In this document: positions 46,153 to 61,679 of the stretch, in pieces
Layout: each line of letters begins with the position of its first letter
Position numbering within the stretch: the first letter of the stretch is position 1
Position numbers and translations under genes: made by a program
Notes under the pieces: model-generated
Seen by the model: the letters and a program-made list of their open reading frames with translations, nothing else
Databases searched by the model: none
Told to the model about the DNA's origin: nothing
Assembly (NCBI GenBank): GCA_964016885.1
Contig: OZ024756.1
Coordinates: 7,688,001 to 7,752,000 of the forward strand
DNA from: Eledone cirrhosa
Taxonomy: Eukaryota
Length of the DNA: 64,000 bases
Direction of reading: 5' to 3'

Positions 46153-46437
46153 ATGTATATATATATTTATATGTACAACACCATCTCCATTGGCTCTTCC
46201 CCTCCCTCTATCTATGTACTACGCCATCCTCACTGACAATCCCCCCTTTCACTCTATATACACACACACACGTGTGTATATATATATATATGTGTGTATA
46301 TGTATCTGTGTGTGTGTATGTGTGTGTAGGTATGTGTGTGTATGTGTATATAGGTCAGTGTGTATATATGCATGTGTGTGTATACAACGTTATTGTCAGA
46401 CTAAGTGTGTCTAGGTATGTATCTCCTCATTGTATTT

Positions 46438-49410
46438 GACACCACCAACACATCCACCACACCACCAACACATCCACCACACCACCAACACATCCACCAC
46501 ACCACCAACACATCCACCACACCACCAACACATCCACCACACCGCCAACACATCCACCACACCACCAACACATCCACCACACCGCCAACACATCCACCAC
46601 ACCACCAACACATCCACCACACCACCAACACATCCACCACACCACCAACACATCCACCACACCACCAACACATCCACCACACAACCAACACATCCACCAC
46701 ACCACCAACATATCCACCACACCACCAACACATCCACCAGACCACCAACACATCCACCACACCACCAACACATCCACCACACCACCAACACATCCACCAC
46801 ACCACCAACACATCCACCACACCACCAACACATCCACCAGACCACCAACACATCCACCACACCACCAACACATCCACCACACAACCAACACATCCACCAC
46901 ACCACCAACATATCCACCACACCACCAACACATCCACCAGACCACCAACACATCCACCACACCACCAACACATCCACCACACCACCAACACATCCACCAC
47001 ACCACCAACACATCCACCACACCACCAACACATCCACCACACCACCAACACATCCACCAGACCACCAACACATCCACCACACCACCAACACATCCACCAC
47101 ACAACCAACACATCCACCACACCACCAACATATCCACCACACCACCAACACATCCACCAGACCACCAACACATCCACCACACCACCAACACATCCACCAC
47201 ACCACCAACACATCCACCACACCACCAACACATCCACCACACCACCAACACATCCACCAGACCACCAACACATCCACCACACCACCAACACATCCACCAC
47301 ACCACCAACACATCCACCACACCACCAACACATCCACCACACCACCAACACATCCACCATACCACCAACACATCCACCACACCACCAACACATCCACCAC
47401 ACCACCAACACATCCACCACAACAACCAACACATCCACCAAACCACCAACACATCCACCACAACAACCAACACATCCACCAAACCACCAACACATCCACC
47501 ACACCACCAACACATCCACCACACCACCAACACATCCACCACACCACCAACACATCCACCACACCACCAACACATCCACCACACAACCAACACATCCACC
47601 ACACCACCAACATATCCACCACACCACCAACACATCCACCAGACCACCAACACATCCACCACACCACCAACACATCCACCACACCACCAACACATCCACC
47701 ACACCACCAACACATCCACCACACCACCAACACATCCACCAGACCACCAACACATCCACCACACCACCAACACATCCACCATACCACCAACACATCCACC
47801 ACACCACCAACACATCCACCACACCACCAACACATCCACCACACCACCAACACATCCACCAGACCACCAACACATCCACCACACCACCAACACATCCACC
47901 ATACCACCAACACATCCACCACACCACCAACACATCCACCACACCACCAACACATCCACCACAACAACCAACACATCCACCAAACCACCAACACATCCAC
48001 CACAACAACCAACACATCCACCAAACCACCAACACATCCACCACACCACCAACACATCCACCACACCACCAACACATCCACCACAACAACCAACACATCC
48101 ACCAAACCACCAACACATCCACCACAACAACCAACACATCCACCAAACCACCAACACATCCACCACACCACCAACACATCCACCACAACAACCAACACAT
48201 CCACCACAACAACCAACACATCCACCAAACCACCAACACATCCACCACACCACCAACACATCCACCACACCACCAACACATCCACCACACCACCAACACA
48301 TCCACCACACCACCAACACATCCACCACACCACCAACACATCCACCAGACCACCAACACATCCACCACACCACCAACACATCCACCATACCACCAACACA
48401 TCCACCACACCACCAACACATCCACCACACCACCAACACATCCACCACAACAACCAACACATCCACCAAACCACCAACACATCCACCACAACAACCAACA
48501 CATCCACCAAACCACCAACACATCCACCACACCACCAACACATCCACCACACCACCAACACATCCACCACACCACCAACACATCCACCACACCACCAACA
48601 CATCCACCAGACCACCAACACATCCACCACACCACCAACACATCCACCATACCACCAACACATCCACCACACCACCAACACATCCACCACACCACCAACA
48701 CATCCACCACAACAACCAACACATCCACCAAACCACCAACACATCCACCACAACAACCAACACATCCACCAAACCACCAACACATCCACCACACCACCAA
48801 CACATCCACCACAACACCAACACATCCACCACACCACCAACACATCCACCACAACAACCAACACATCCACCAAACCACCAACACATCCACCACACCACCA
48901 ACACATCCACCACACCACCAACACATCCACCACACCACCAACACATCCACCACACCACCAACACATCCACCACACCACCAACACATCCACCACACCACCA
49001 ACACATCCACCACACCACCAACACATCCACCACACCACCAACACATCCACCACACCACCAACACATCCACCACACCACCAACACATCCACCACACCACCA
49101 ACACATCCACCACACCACCAACACATCCACCACACCACCAACACATCCACCACACCACCAACACATCCACCACACAACCAACACATCCACCACACCACCA
49201 ACATATCCACCACACCACCAACACATCCACCAGACCACCAACACATCCACCACACCACCAACACATCCACCACACACCAACACATCCACCACACCACCAA
49301 CACATCCACCACACCACCAACATATCCACCACACCACCAACACATCCACCAGACCACCAACACATCCACCACACCACCAACACATCCACCACACACCAAC
49401 ACATCCACCC
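46438..49410. repeat. 20-bp satellite (ACCACCAACACATCCACCAC)n, ~148 copies with patterned variants
   Basis: Direct reading; recurring variant units (CCAG, ACAA, TAT, and a 21-bp AACAACC unit). Confidence 0.97.
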
Positions 49411-49530
49411 CCACATACACTACAGGCCAATGCATGGTCTATTCCACCAATCAAAACAAGTCTTATTGACCAACATATGAACTTCTGACTTTACCATACA
49501 GCTTGTATTCATTTTCTACTAGCATTTTAA

Positions 49531-49618
49531 GGGGTCCGTCGAGCTGCGGATTATTGAGTCGGGTAAGATCGATACAGATGGAATCTTGAGCTGATCAGTG
49601 GCGAAACGCGCGTCACCT
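49531..49618 (+). ncRNA. Degenerate hammerhead motif (palindrome ACGCGCGT)
   Basis: GGGGT-CCGTCGA-GCTGC..GTGGC-GAAA-CGCGCG-TC-ACCT. Confidence 0.5.
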
Positions 49619-49628
49619 ACCAATAAAT

Positions 49629-49815
49629 GTCATCATCATCATCATTCGTCGGCTACTGTCGAGATGATGGATCTCACTCTCATGCCCCAGAATTCCCCTT
49701 CCCCCATCGCTGCCCCCAGGTCCTGTCTACTGATTCCCGTATCCCTAGAGATAACGTCAGGGAATAACAGCTTCCTACTCCTAGTCAGGCTGGAGTCAGG
49801 GTTCCAGAGCAAGAT
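49629..49815 (-). mobile_element. RTE-like LINE 3' end
   Basis: Minus strand LLWNPDS..FPDVISRDTGISRQDLGAAM..FW, then a (TGA)n tail. Confidence 0.6.
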
Positions 49816-50899
49816 GTAATGAAGGAATAATCAATCGTCCTTGTTATCTTTTCAATATATAAATATATATATGTATCCGTGTGCATGTATATGTGTATGT
49901 ATACATGTATGCATACATACGTATGTTCCTGTATGTTTGTGTAGTCTGAAAACATCCACCTTCTCGTGACGACTGAATAATAACAAAAAAAAAAAGAAAT
50001 ACACTCTACCTGCCCCTGACGAATACCATAAAACATTCTATCCGACATTCTAACGACTCTGACAATCCACCGGTTATATGACACTTGTTCAAAAAAAGCG
50101 CCACGCAGTTTAATTGAACCAGGGACCTAATGATAGTGAGAGGGACACCAACGACGAAGGTTTAACAAAAACATCATCAATGTACTATAAACCTCTAAAG
50201 ATTGTGGTTTTTGTTGTGCTGTTGTTTTTGGTTTGTTCCTCCCAGACAATCAGCTAAATCTGCTCGACTATAATTAACGATCTCTTGAGGCATAACAACC
50301 AAAATACTCGTCAGTGAAGAAGGTTGAGTGTTAAAGTTTCTAGTATTTTATCTTTCAGCTCTCTATTGTGTAAATTATCCTTAACCACTTCATCCAGATG
50401 AAATGCAAACAAAATATAAATAAAGTATATATAAACCAAACAAAAACACATCTTCAATAAAGAAAGATTATTTAAAAGTTGAAGCTAAAACTTTCTATGT
50501 TAGAAATGGAAATAGACTGGTTTATATCAATGAAGGGGAGATATTCATTTGAGTAGATATTTCTGTGTGTCTGTATATATATGTATGTGTGTATGCGTGT
50601 GTTTATATATACATATATATATATGTGGTGTGTGTGTGTGTGTGTTTGTGTTTGAGTATGTGTATGTATATATATGTATGTGTGTATGTGTGTGTGTGTA
50701 TGTGCATGTATATATACATATATATATATATGTGTGTGTATATGTATATATATATATGTGTGTGTGTGTGTATATGTATGTAACCTATATATGTATATGT
50801 GTGTGTGTATATACACATATATATATATTTATATATACATTTGTATATGTGTGTGTATGTATGTATATATATATGTGTATGTATATGTGTGTAGGTATG

Positions 50900-50956
<57 letters not shown>

Positions 50957-51010
50957 TATATAGATGTGTGTGTGCGCGCCTGTGTATGTATGTACGTATG
51001 TATATGTGTG

Positions 51011-51072
<62 letters not shown>

Positions 51073-51146
51073 GGTGACTGAGTATTACACACGAGTTTGT
51101 GAGTGTATGTGAATGTGTGCGTCTTTATTATATGTGTGTATATATG

Positions 51147-51177
<31 letters not shown>

Positions 51178-51262
51178 TTGCCACTGTATGGATTTGTGAG
51201 TGTATGTGAATGTCTGTATGTGTATTTATATGTGTGTATATGTGAATGTCTGCGTCTGAATC

Positions 51263-51305
<43 letters not shown>

Positions 51306-52245
51306 GTGTGTTTGCCAGTCTATGCATTTGTGAGTGTATGTGTGTGCATCTATATGTGTGCATTACTGGACGTGATCGTGTGTATGTGCGTGTATTTATA
51401 TGTGAGTGTATATGTCATCGTGTGTGGCGCACCCTTCAATAATTGTTCATGTGGAGATGTATATAATACAGAGAAATAAAGAATGGAAAGACAAAATTAC
51501 CAAAAAAACAAAAATGGCGGAAAGGGAATATAGAAATAAAATTAGAATATTCAGATTGGAAATAAAATGAATCGGGAATGTTAAGGCTATTGAGATGCTA
51601 TATCGAGAATTTCATTTCGATAAAAGAGCTACGCCGGACGACATTGGTTCTACAGGCAAGAATTCATGGGATAGTATTATATATTTGTGTATATGTGAAC
51701 ATGTGTGTATGTATATACATACATACAGGCAAGGAATTCATGGAATAGTATTATATATTTGTGTATATGTGAACATGTGTGTATGTATATACATACATAC
51801 AGGCAAGGAATTCATGGAATAGTATTATATATTTGTGTATATGTGAACATGTGTGTATGTATATACATACATACGTATATACGCACGAGTATGTAAGCGG
51901 AAACGGCTTCTAGTTGTAAGGGAAGAGGCTACAACAAGACTTGTAATTAAATTCATTTAGTTGTCTTTAACACAAAGCCATTGAAGAAAATTGAAAACGA
52001 GGCTAGATTAAGAATCCATTTTAGGTGCTTTGTTCGTAATATTCTTTTAATTTTATTTTTTGCTGTATTTTATGGAAAAATTCCTGAAAGTTTCTTAGTT
52101 TCTGACAGTGACATTATCTGGCTGCAGGGAGAAATGACACGCTAGATTTGGTTGTAGAAGCTGAAGAATTTAACGACAATCCAGGAACAATAGCTGTTCT
52201 ATGTGGAAAGAATTGATTGCATTTTTACATTTTATTTTATTAAAT

Positions 52246-52350
<105 letters not shown>

Positions 52351-52558
52351 GTGTATATGTATGTGTGTGTGTGTATGTATGTGTGTGTGTGTGTGTGTAT
52401 ATGTATGTGTGTGTGTGTGTATATGTATGTATGTGTGTGTGTATATGTATGTGTGTGTTCGTATATGTATGTACGTATATATATGTATGTATATATATAT
52501 GCATGTGTATATATATGTGTGTGTGGCCATACTCGATAATGAGAGGGCAGCAATCATG

Positions 52559-52595
<37 letters not shown>

Positions 52596-52625
52596 GTATG
52601 TATGTACGTATATATATATATATGT

Positions 52626-52656
<31 letters not shown>

Positions 52657-52691
52657 TGCGCATGTCCATACTCGATAACGATGTGGCAGCA

Positions 52692-52803
<112 letters not shown>

Positions 52804-52898
52804 TATATATATATGTATGTGTGAGTATATATATATATAGAAAGAAAGAGAGGGGAAGAGAAGGGTAAATAGATAGATAGTTATACATACATAGATAC

Positions 52899-53510
52899 AT
52901 GGTGGCTGCCAACTCGTTTTCGAGTACGGCCACTACTTTATATCCATGTAGGAGAACCCCTACCGATGCACTGAACGAGTGTGGATTTTTAGTCCAGCCA
53001 ACGACTTGAAAACTCTGGTACAAACACTACACTTGTGACAATTATTGACACATAGTGCTGGGCCCATGGTACCACGTGACGACAAGTGCAGAGAAATCTC
53101 CAGATATAAAGCAATGCCTGTGCCGTGAAGCTTTTATAGTGAGCAAAGCCACTGCACAAAGCCAGTCCCACTCTCTTAACCAAGATGATATCTACCAAAA
53201 AGAAGAACAAGTCAACATCATTGGATACCATCAGGGTTGCAGGTGTTATATCAGAGTTTTCCTTCTCCTAGAATTCTGCCTTGACAAAGGCTAAGGGGTC
53301 ATCTCTCCCAGTGATTTTGGATGGCCATTGACTCTAAAGAGCTCCTTTGCCCTTTGACAGGTTTTGTTTTTAGTCCTGCAGGATGTCCAAAGTCACCCTC
53401 CTCACCAAGAAACCTTGGTGGGGTTGCCAGTTTAGTCGCCAACGATCCGACCATGGGACAGATTGTACTGGGACACATGTTACCAGTAGCACCAACTGGT
53501 GACCTGACAT
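52899..53510 (-). mobile_element. Bipartite RTE-derived element, full copy
   Basis: Reverse complement of 37398-38000. Confidence 0.7.
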
Positions 53511-53549
53511 AGATATATATATACATACATACATACATACATACATACA

Positions 53550-53581
<32 letters not shown>

Positions 53582-53629
53582 CATGAAATCATACATGACG
53601 AGATATGTGTGCATTCTATATGTAGGAGT

Positions 53630-53732
<103 letters not shown>

Positions 53733-53762
53733 TAGAGAGAGAGAGGGAGTGAGAGAGAGAGG

Positions 53763-53826
<64 letters not shown>

Positions 53827-53917
53827 CAGAGAGATTCACATGCTAGACACTCTTGAAATCTCCGAGCTCACTGAAGTTCGATTAGGCTAGGCATCATTAC
53901 TTACTTCACGAGTTGAA

Positions 53918-54106
53918 GGCGGTGGATTGGCAGTATCGGTAGAGGGTCGGATGCCATGCTTTGAAGCATAGAATTACCTCCCTGTATGATCTGAGTTCAA
54001 ATCCCGCCGAGGTTAACTTTGCCTTTCATCCTTCCGGGGTCGATAGAATAAAGTACCAGTAATGCATTGGGTAATTGCTGGCCTTGTTCCAAAAGTAGAA
54101 ACAATT
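53918..54106 (+). mobile_element. tRNA-derived SINE copy
   Basis: Aligns with the 639-822 copy. Confidence 0.85.
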
Positions 54107-54539
54107 ACTTACTTCAAGAGTTAACTTAATATATCCCTTCCGTACACTGTACCGATTGTGTTGTTATTTCTGTTTACCTTTTACATATATATATATATAT
54201 TTTTTTTTATTGTTTGACCCGAATTACTTGGTCGTTTGTTTTGGCTGTGCGGATGATATGTTTAACCATCATCTCAGTGTGTTTGGCCCTTAACGTATGT
54301 TGTAGCTCTGATTCATATGAATAATCGAGCGCTTGCCACACATATCGGACGTTGATTTTCGTTAATTCCTGAGCTGAAATACGATTCTCGCTAATTTATA
54401 TTTATATATAGATAGATAGATATATATATATATATATAAAGATTCTAATGGAAATTCCGTGTAGATATTACTAGTATTCTTCGATCAGAAGCCGTCTCTG
54501 TGAAAAGGATATACATACATATCAATGTCTATGTGTGTG

Positions 54540-54578
<39 letters not shown>

Positions 54579-54612
54579 ATGTGTGTGTATGTGTGTGTAT
54601 GTGTGTGTGTGT

Positions 54613-54690
54613 GCACTTGGCTTTAATAAGTACCAATCAGTACGAAACAGAGCTCTGTCAGCTTTATCTCCTCTGTTTGCTGAACATTTG

Positions 54691-54752
<62 letters not shown>

Positions 54753-54969
54753 GTCTTTGATAAGTACCAATCAGTACGAAACAGAGCTCTGTCAGCTTTA
54801 TCTCCCCTGTTTGCTGAAAATTTAAAGTAAGTGAGACTGTCCGTACTCTAAAACAATAGTGTAAGGTCTTCGAAATGCTTTTAATTAAGCATACAGTGTA
54901 TTGCAAAATACACTATATATACATTCATATATATATCGCTATTTCAGAACACCAATTCTAATTTTAATT
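54613..54969 (+). mobile_element. Relative of the 320-nt hammerhead family, two decayed hammerheads (54620-54662, 54754-54796)
   Basis: TT(A/G)ATAA-GTAC-CAATCA-GTAC-GAAA-CAGAGCTCTG-TC-AGC; the 3' part ATCGCTATTTCAGAACACCAAT matches ~21566-21590. Confidence 0.65.
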
Positions 54970-54984
54970 ATATATATATATATA

Positions 54985-55527
54985 TGTTTCTCTTTTTCTT
55001 AATTTCGAGTATATTTTCTTCACCGGCCACCTTCCTGGTGGCAAGGTTGTAAAAGAAAAGAAATTGTAATTCCTTGAATCGCAAGAATGTTTTGCAAATG
55101 TTGAAGGTGCCAGCTATCGCAGCCATTTGTAGTTTATGAATTAGGGAGCCGCGATCTGTGTCCCCAAATCCAAGTCCAGTTATACTTTGGTCCAAGCGCG
55201 TTGGTATATAACCCCTAGCTCCAATAATTATTGGTATGAAGCTGAAGGTGAATCTTGGATACCGGATCTGCAAACTCCTCATCAATGGTCCGTAGATGTC
55301 CTCCTTCATTCGTATTTTTCTTACAATGTTTACATAAGTGGGCAGCTGATCTCCACAACAGAACACGTTTTCAAAGTGTGGCCCCAAACAACAATATCAG
55401 GTCGGTTGTATTTTAATTTGGTGGCAGTTTTTATTTTCAGGTTCCACCAGTATTCTTTAGTGCCATCTGTCTCAACATATTCCTCCTCATTTGTTTTTAA
55501 TTTTGTTTTCCTTAGTGCGCTCCAGAT
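54985..55527 (-). mobile_element. R4/Dong-like non-LTR retrotransposon 3' fragment (restriction-like endonuclease)
   Basis: EYWWNLKIKT..NRPDIVVW..VVEISCP..KEDIYGPL..IPIIIGARG; PD-(D/E)xK-type motif; microsatellite flanks. Confidence 0.85.
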
Positions 55528-56174
55528 GTATGTATTTTGATAGGTAGGTAAGTGTATGTATGTATGCATGATTTATATATGAATGTATGTATATATGTGT
55601 ATATATGTATGTGTGTATGTATGTATATATGTATGTGTGTAAGTATCTATGTATATATGTATGGTGGTATGTATCAGATATGTATTTATGTATAAACATA
55701 TACACCACTTATATATTTTGTGCACATAAATATGCAAATAACTTTATCTTTTAATGTCTATATTGATATAGATATATTTGAAAAGAGACATGTCGGCTGC
55801 GTGTGATCGACTGTTACTGACACCACAGACGTTTTCATTGCCTTCTTCTAATAATTGTCCTCACAGACGTCTGCTTTAGACATTTCTAAAACACCTATAA
55901 CAATGAACTGTTTTTATATAATTCTATAATTTCTGACTACTGTTTTCAAAACATATTTTTCATATTTTATTAAATATATTAGTTCTGGTATTTTAAAAAT
56001 ATTGCTTATCTTCATAATTATTCTTCCTTCTGTTTGTCGTAAGTATATCAATATTGGGTTTTCGCATTGAGAAGAATTTGCAGACACAATTTTTGTTGTT
56101 GATTTGTTTTTCTTCTTAACGTCTGATTAAAAACTTGGCGTTTCTTTATTTTAAATTAACCTTATTTTCGTATA

Positions 56175-56682
56175 CGAGGGCACTTCAAAAGGTTTGTGGT
56201 AAAAGGACAGTTGGAAAAACGGTTTAAGTTATGATGTTTACTTTTTAACATATGCTCCTCTAGGTCAATACACTTCTGCAAGTGTTAATACCAGCCTTTA
56301 AGTCCATCTGTGTAAAACTGAGGGTCATGTGATTTAAACCATGTCAAAGCAGCTTTTTTTACGTCTTCAATTGAGGATCATCTTCAGTCTCATCTCTTCC
56401 ACTTCTAAAACGACTTATCTATTTCTAGCTTGTTGATTTATTTGGGACATTGTCCCCATAAACTTGCTCCAGAGTGTCAATGATTTGGCTGCTCGTCCAC
56501 CCTAGTTTCACCATGAATTTGATGTTTTGATGGAGGCCATATTGCTTGAGCAGGAGCTGACCTCCAACAGGTGGCGCTGCGTTGTAACATGTATTTAAGG
56601 GTTCATGTTAGAACATGTTATGGCATGTTAATATGAGAATATACAGGTACATTAAGATCAAAAACTTTTTGAAGCCCCCTCC
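56175..56682. mobile_element. Non-autonomous mariner-like element
   Basis: TA-CGAGGGCACTTCAAAAGGTTT ... AAACTTTTTGAAGCCCCCTCC-TA. Confidence 0.7.
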
Positions 56683-56825
56683 TATATAACATTATGTTCG
56701 TATATATTATAAAGTAAAATCACATTCGAATGAATCTAATTAAATGACGTTCGGAGATCGATCTATCGATATAGATAATATATATGGTTATTTCAGTCAT
56801 ATAGTTTATCCAACAAATGTTTGGG

Positions 56826-56936
56826 GTCTCTTATGATTGATGTAAATACTTTTGTCTTTGCAGCAAAGCGCCTGATGTTAAATATGCTGCCTGAGGTTCG
56901 ATATCGGATGTAAACACCATGCTCGCAATGGCCAAA
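56826..56936 (-). mobile_element. RTE RT fragment
   Basis: GVYIRYRTSGSIFNIRRFAAKTKV..IRD, typical of the RTE RT segment before motif C. Confidence 0.65.
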
Positions 56937-57299
56937 AGTAGAAACAATTATTATTATTATTATTATTGAATTATGTATAGATGCATGCAAATATATATAT
57001 GAGTTTACTGCCCGGTCTTATGCACGTGATCACTCGCAGCCTCAATCCAATTACAAGTCAAAAAACAGTTGTGTAAGACCAATCTATAATGCAGGAAAGA
57101 CCTATACAAAAACTGCGGTATCTAATACAGCGTCGGAAGCAAATGTGGCCTTCTGATTTGTCGAGCACCATGTCACATGATCCACGCGTTTTAAGGAAAA
57201 CCTATTGGATATTTGGCGTAAATAAATGAATATTCCTAACAATATAAATTCCCATAGTTCGTACATAAACCATGCTTTGAGTAATCTTCTACGCCCACT

Positions 57300-58032
57300 T
57301 ATTCCGGGGAGTGTCGTGGGGGCAGAGTTCTCAAACACTCTTTCCGGTGGGTCCTATCAGAAGAAACCCTCTCCAACTGATCTGGCTGGATCCCCAAGCG
57401 TGACCAGCCAAGCTCATGGATGTTATCCAACCACCTTGCTCGGGGTCTACCCTTGGGTCTCTTGCCAGTTAGTTTTGCCCGTAAAACTGTTCAGCGATTC
57501 TTTCCTGAGACATTCTAACCACATGGACATAGTATCGGAGCTGTGATCTCTCAATATAGAGAAGTAGCAGCTCTACCTGGAGTGACTCTCTCATCTCTGA
57601 GCTACAAATCTGTTCAGTGATTCTTTCCTGAGACATTCTAACCCCATGGCCATAGTATCAGAGCTGTGATCTCTCAATATAGAGAAGTAGCAGCTCTACC
57701 GGGAGTGACTCTCTCATCTCTGAGCTACAAATCTGTTCAGTGATTCTTTCCTGAGACATTCTAACCACATGACCATAGTATCGGAGCTGAGATCTCTCAA
57801 TTCAGAGAAGTAGCAGCTCTACCTGGAGTGACTCTCTGATCTCCGAGTTACACACTTCTCTATCGAGTAACGTTACTCCTAAGACCCTTGGGAGGGACCT
57901 CATTCTAACCCCATGCCCATAATATCGGAACTGTGATCTCTGAATAAGGAGAAGTAACGACTCTACATGGAGTGGCTCTCTGATGTCCTAAATACACCCT
58001 ATATCGAGTAACGTTACTCCAATAACCCTTCG
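57300..58032 (-). mobile_element. RTE LINE 3' coding end with a 123-bp segment amplified in tandem
   Basis: LLLYIERSQLRYY.HVVRMSQER..GKRPKGRPRARWLDNI; GATTCTTTCCTGAG at 57496, 57619 and 57742. Confidence 0.75.
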
Positions 58033-58073
58033 CATTTAATAAGGAATATCAAAATATTTGTGCTGCGTGAAAT

Positions 58074-58455
58074 AATTGTTTCTACTTTTGGCACAAGGCA
58101 AGCAATTACCCAATACATTACTGGTACTTTATTTTATCGACCCCGTAAGGATGAAAGGCAAAGTCAACCTCGGCGGGATTTGAACTCAGATCGTAAAGGG
58201 ACGTAACTATGCTGGAAAGCATGGCGTCCGACTCTCTACCGATACTGCCAATCCACTGCTGTGTCAAATAATTGTTTCTACGTTAGGCACAAGGCCAGCA
58301 ATTACCCAGTGCATTACTGGTACTTTATTTTATCGACCCCCTAAGGATGAAAGGCAAAGTTAACCCCGGCGGGATTTGAACTCAATGGCAAGGGCCGTAA
58401 CTCTATGCTGCAAAGCATGGTGTCCGACCCTCTACCGATACTGCCAATCCACTGC
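58074..58455 (-). mobile_element. Tandem pair of tRNA-derived SINEs
   Basis: Two reverse-complement SINE copies, 58074-58259 and 58270-58455. Confidence 0.85.
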
Positions 58456-58889
58456 TGTGTGAAATAATGCCCCCATTTCACACCTGAATTGAGCGTATTA
58501 CCAGTTGAGGAATGGGGAAACATATGGGCTGCCTATTACTCACACTATGCACTTCTTACGGGAGGCAAAATATGCAGACCCTTAACAACTATGGTAGGAC
58601 AGAAGCAGAACAGCTGCCACAAGCTGACACAAGACTAATCTACAGTGTTTCAATAACTTAAATATTTGCAGTGATAACATCACTGTCTTTCTACATGTGA
58701 CCAACTCGTGTGATAAAAAAGGTGTGAGGTGTTCAGATAACAATCAGTGGCAGCTACAGTGTATTTCTTTCTTTTTTGTTATTATTCAGACGTCACGAGA
58801 AGGAGGATGTTTTCAGGCCACACAAACAAACATACACGAACATACGTATGTATGCATACATGTATACATACACATATATATACACACGG

Positions 58890-58962
<73 letters not shown>

Positions 58963-59018
58963 TATTCACATGGTTACGTGTTTACACACACACACACAAA
59001 CACACACACTCTCTCTCA

Positions 59019-59074
<56 letters not shown>

Positions 59075-59187
59075 TGAGAGAGAGAGAGTTTTGACTTCTA
59101 ACTAATTCACCAATCCTCTCCTATCTCCATCTCTCTCTTTAACATTGGTTACTCTTGAACTGTACACACACACACACACACACACAC

Positions 59188-59240
<53 letters not shown>

Positions 59241-59914
59241 AGAGAGAGAGAGAGAGAGAGATCATTGGCCGTGACTTTTCACCTAGATCGCTTTATCTCG
59301 TTATTTATCAGTTGAAGCGACCAAACTGAAACTTCAAAGTCTGCCATCTTTCTTCTAAGAAAATAAACTTTACACTCTACTCATAAGCTTTGAGAACTCA
59401 TTCAGAAAATGATAGAATGTTCTAAGTATTTTAACACCCATTCCTGGCGGTGAATTGGCAGAGTCGTTAGAACGTCCGATAGAATACTTTATGGTATTCC
59501 GACTCTCTGCTCTCTGAGTTCAAATCCTGCCGAGGTCAACTTTGCCTTTCATCTTTTCGAGGTCGATAAAAAAGTACCAGTAAAGTACTGGGGCTGATTC
59601 TTCCTCTATATCTTTTCTCACTTTTCTTTCTCTCACTTTCTATCTTTCTCTGGAAGAAATCTGCTGTAGTCAGGCCTGGAGAGGGGTGGGCTCCTCCAGG
59701 GTTGAAATACCCAAGAAATGTTGTATGTCAATACGGCGCCCCTACGATTCTATCAGGAGTTACGGGTCCATACATACATACACCCATTCCAATATATATG
59801 CGTGTGCGTGTGTGTGTGAGTGTGTGTGCGTGTGCGAGAGCGTGCGTGTGCGAGAGCGTGTGTGTGCGTTATGTGAGAGAGTGTGTGTGTGAGTGTGTGA
59901 GATAAAGAGAAAGA

Positions 59915-59954
<40 letters not shown>

Positions 59955-60043
59955 AGACAGAGAGTGTATGTGCGTGTGCGAGAGCGTGTGTGTGCGTTAT
60001 GTGAGAGAGTGTGTGTGTGAGTGTGTGAGATAAAGAGAAAGAA

Positions 60044-60084
<41 letters not shown>

Positions 60085-61034
60085 GAGGGAGACAGAGAGT
60101 GTGTGTGCTTTCATCTTTCTTCTTTTTTATTAAAAAGCGTGCCAAAGCTGGAAGTATGCAAGAGAAATTATTTCAAAAAAACAAAAAAATCTAAACTTAA
60201 TGGCGAATATTTTAAAATGTGACGTCACTGCAGAGATTATAGTGATAGGGAAAATGGCGTTTACTGACAGACACATCTTACCACACATACACACACGTAT
60301 AACTACAAATATATATATATATATATACATACACACTCACACATACACACATGTATTAGACAACTACTCACATATAGATAGATATATATACATACACACT
60401 CACACATACACTCACAAACACTCACCCACACAGACATGCTCACATACACACATACACTAACTCCCACAAGCACATACACACACACTCATACACAAACACT
60501 CACACACACACTTGCATACACACAATCATATACACACTCTCACACACACACTTGCATACACTCAACCATACACACACTCACACACACACACTTGCATACA
60601 CACAATCAAATACACACTCTCACACACACACACACTCATACACAGATACACACACAAACACGCACACAATCACATATACACACTTTCATATACACACACG
60701 CACACACACTCACATACCCATACACACTCACACGCACACACTCACGCTGGATCACTCAAACACACACTTTCGCACATGCTCGCATACACACACATAAGTA
60801 CACTTAAGCGCACACAGATAAACATTCACACACAAACATACACACACATACGCATGTACACACGTACACACACACATCCGCAAATACGCATCTACAAACA
60901 AGCTGCTTCACAAACACACACACACACAAACATACACACATACGTATCTGCACACAAGCTGCTTCACACACACACACACACACACACATACACACACGCA
61001 AACATACACACATACGTATCTGCACACAAGCTGC

Positions 61035-61071
<37 letters not shown>

Positions 61072-61282
61072 ACACACAAACATACACACATACGCATCTA
61101 CACACAAGCTGTTTCACAAACACACACACACACAAACATACACACACATACACAGACACATACACACACACACACATACACACACACAAACATACACAAA
61201 CACACACATACGCATCAACACAGAAGCTGCTTCATAAACACACACATTCTGAAATCTCTTCGTAGAACACATACACATTAAT

Positions 61283-61679
61283 GGGCGGTGGATTGGCAGT
61301 ATCAGTAGAGGGTCGGACGCCATGCTTTGAAGCATAGAGTTACGGCCCTTTACGATCTGAGTTCAAATCCCGCTGAGGTTGACTTTGCCTTTCATCCTTA
61401 CGGGGTCGATGAAATAAAGTACCAGTAATGTACTGGGTAATTGCTGGCCTTGTGCCTAAAGTAGAAACAAATAATTATTTCTAATATGGCGGTAGAATGG
61501 CAGTATCAGTAGAGAGTCAGACGCCATGCGTTGTGGCATAGAGTTATGGCCATTTACGGTATGAATTTAAATCCCGCCAAGGTTAACTTTGCCTTTCATC
61601 GCTACGGGGTCGATAAAATAAAGTACCAGTAATGTACTGGGCTAATTGCTGGCCTTGCGCCTAAAGTAGAAACAATTAT
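61283..61679 (+). mobile_element. Tandem pair of tRNA-derived SINEs
   Basis: Copies at 61283-61475 and 61488-61679. Confidence 0.85.

Noticed and set aside
46401-49488. Five ~1000-aa ORFs (His/Thr/Pro-rich or Val/Trp/Cys/Gly-rich)
   Set aside because: Translations of a stop-free 20-bp satellite, open in several frames on both strands; the unit length is not a multiple of 3
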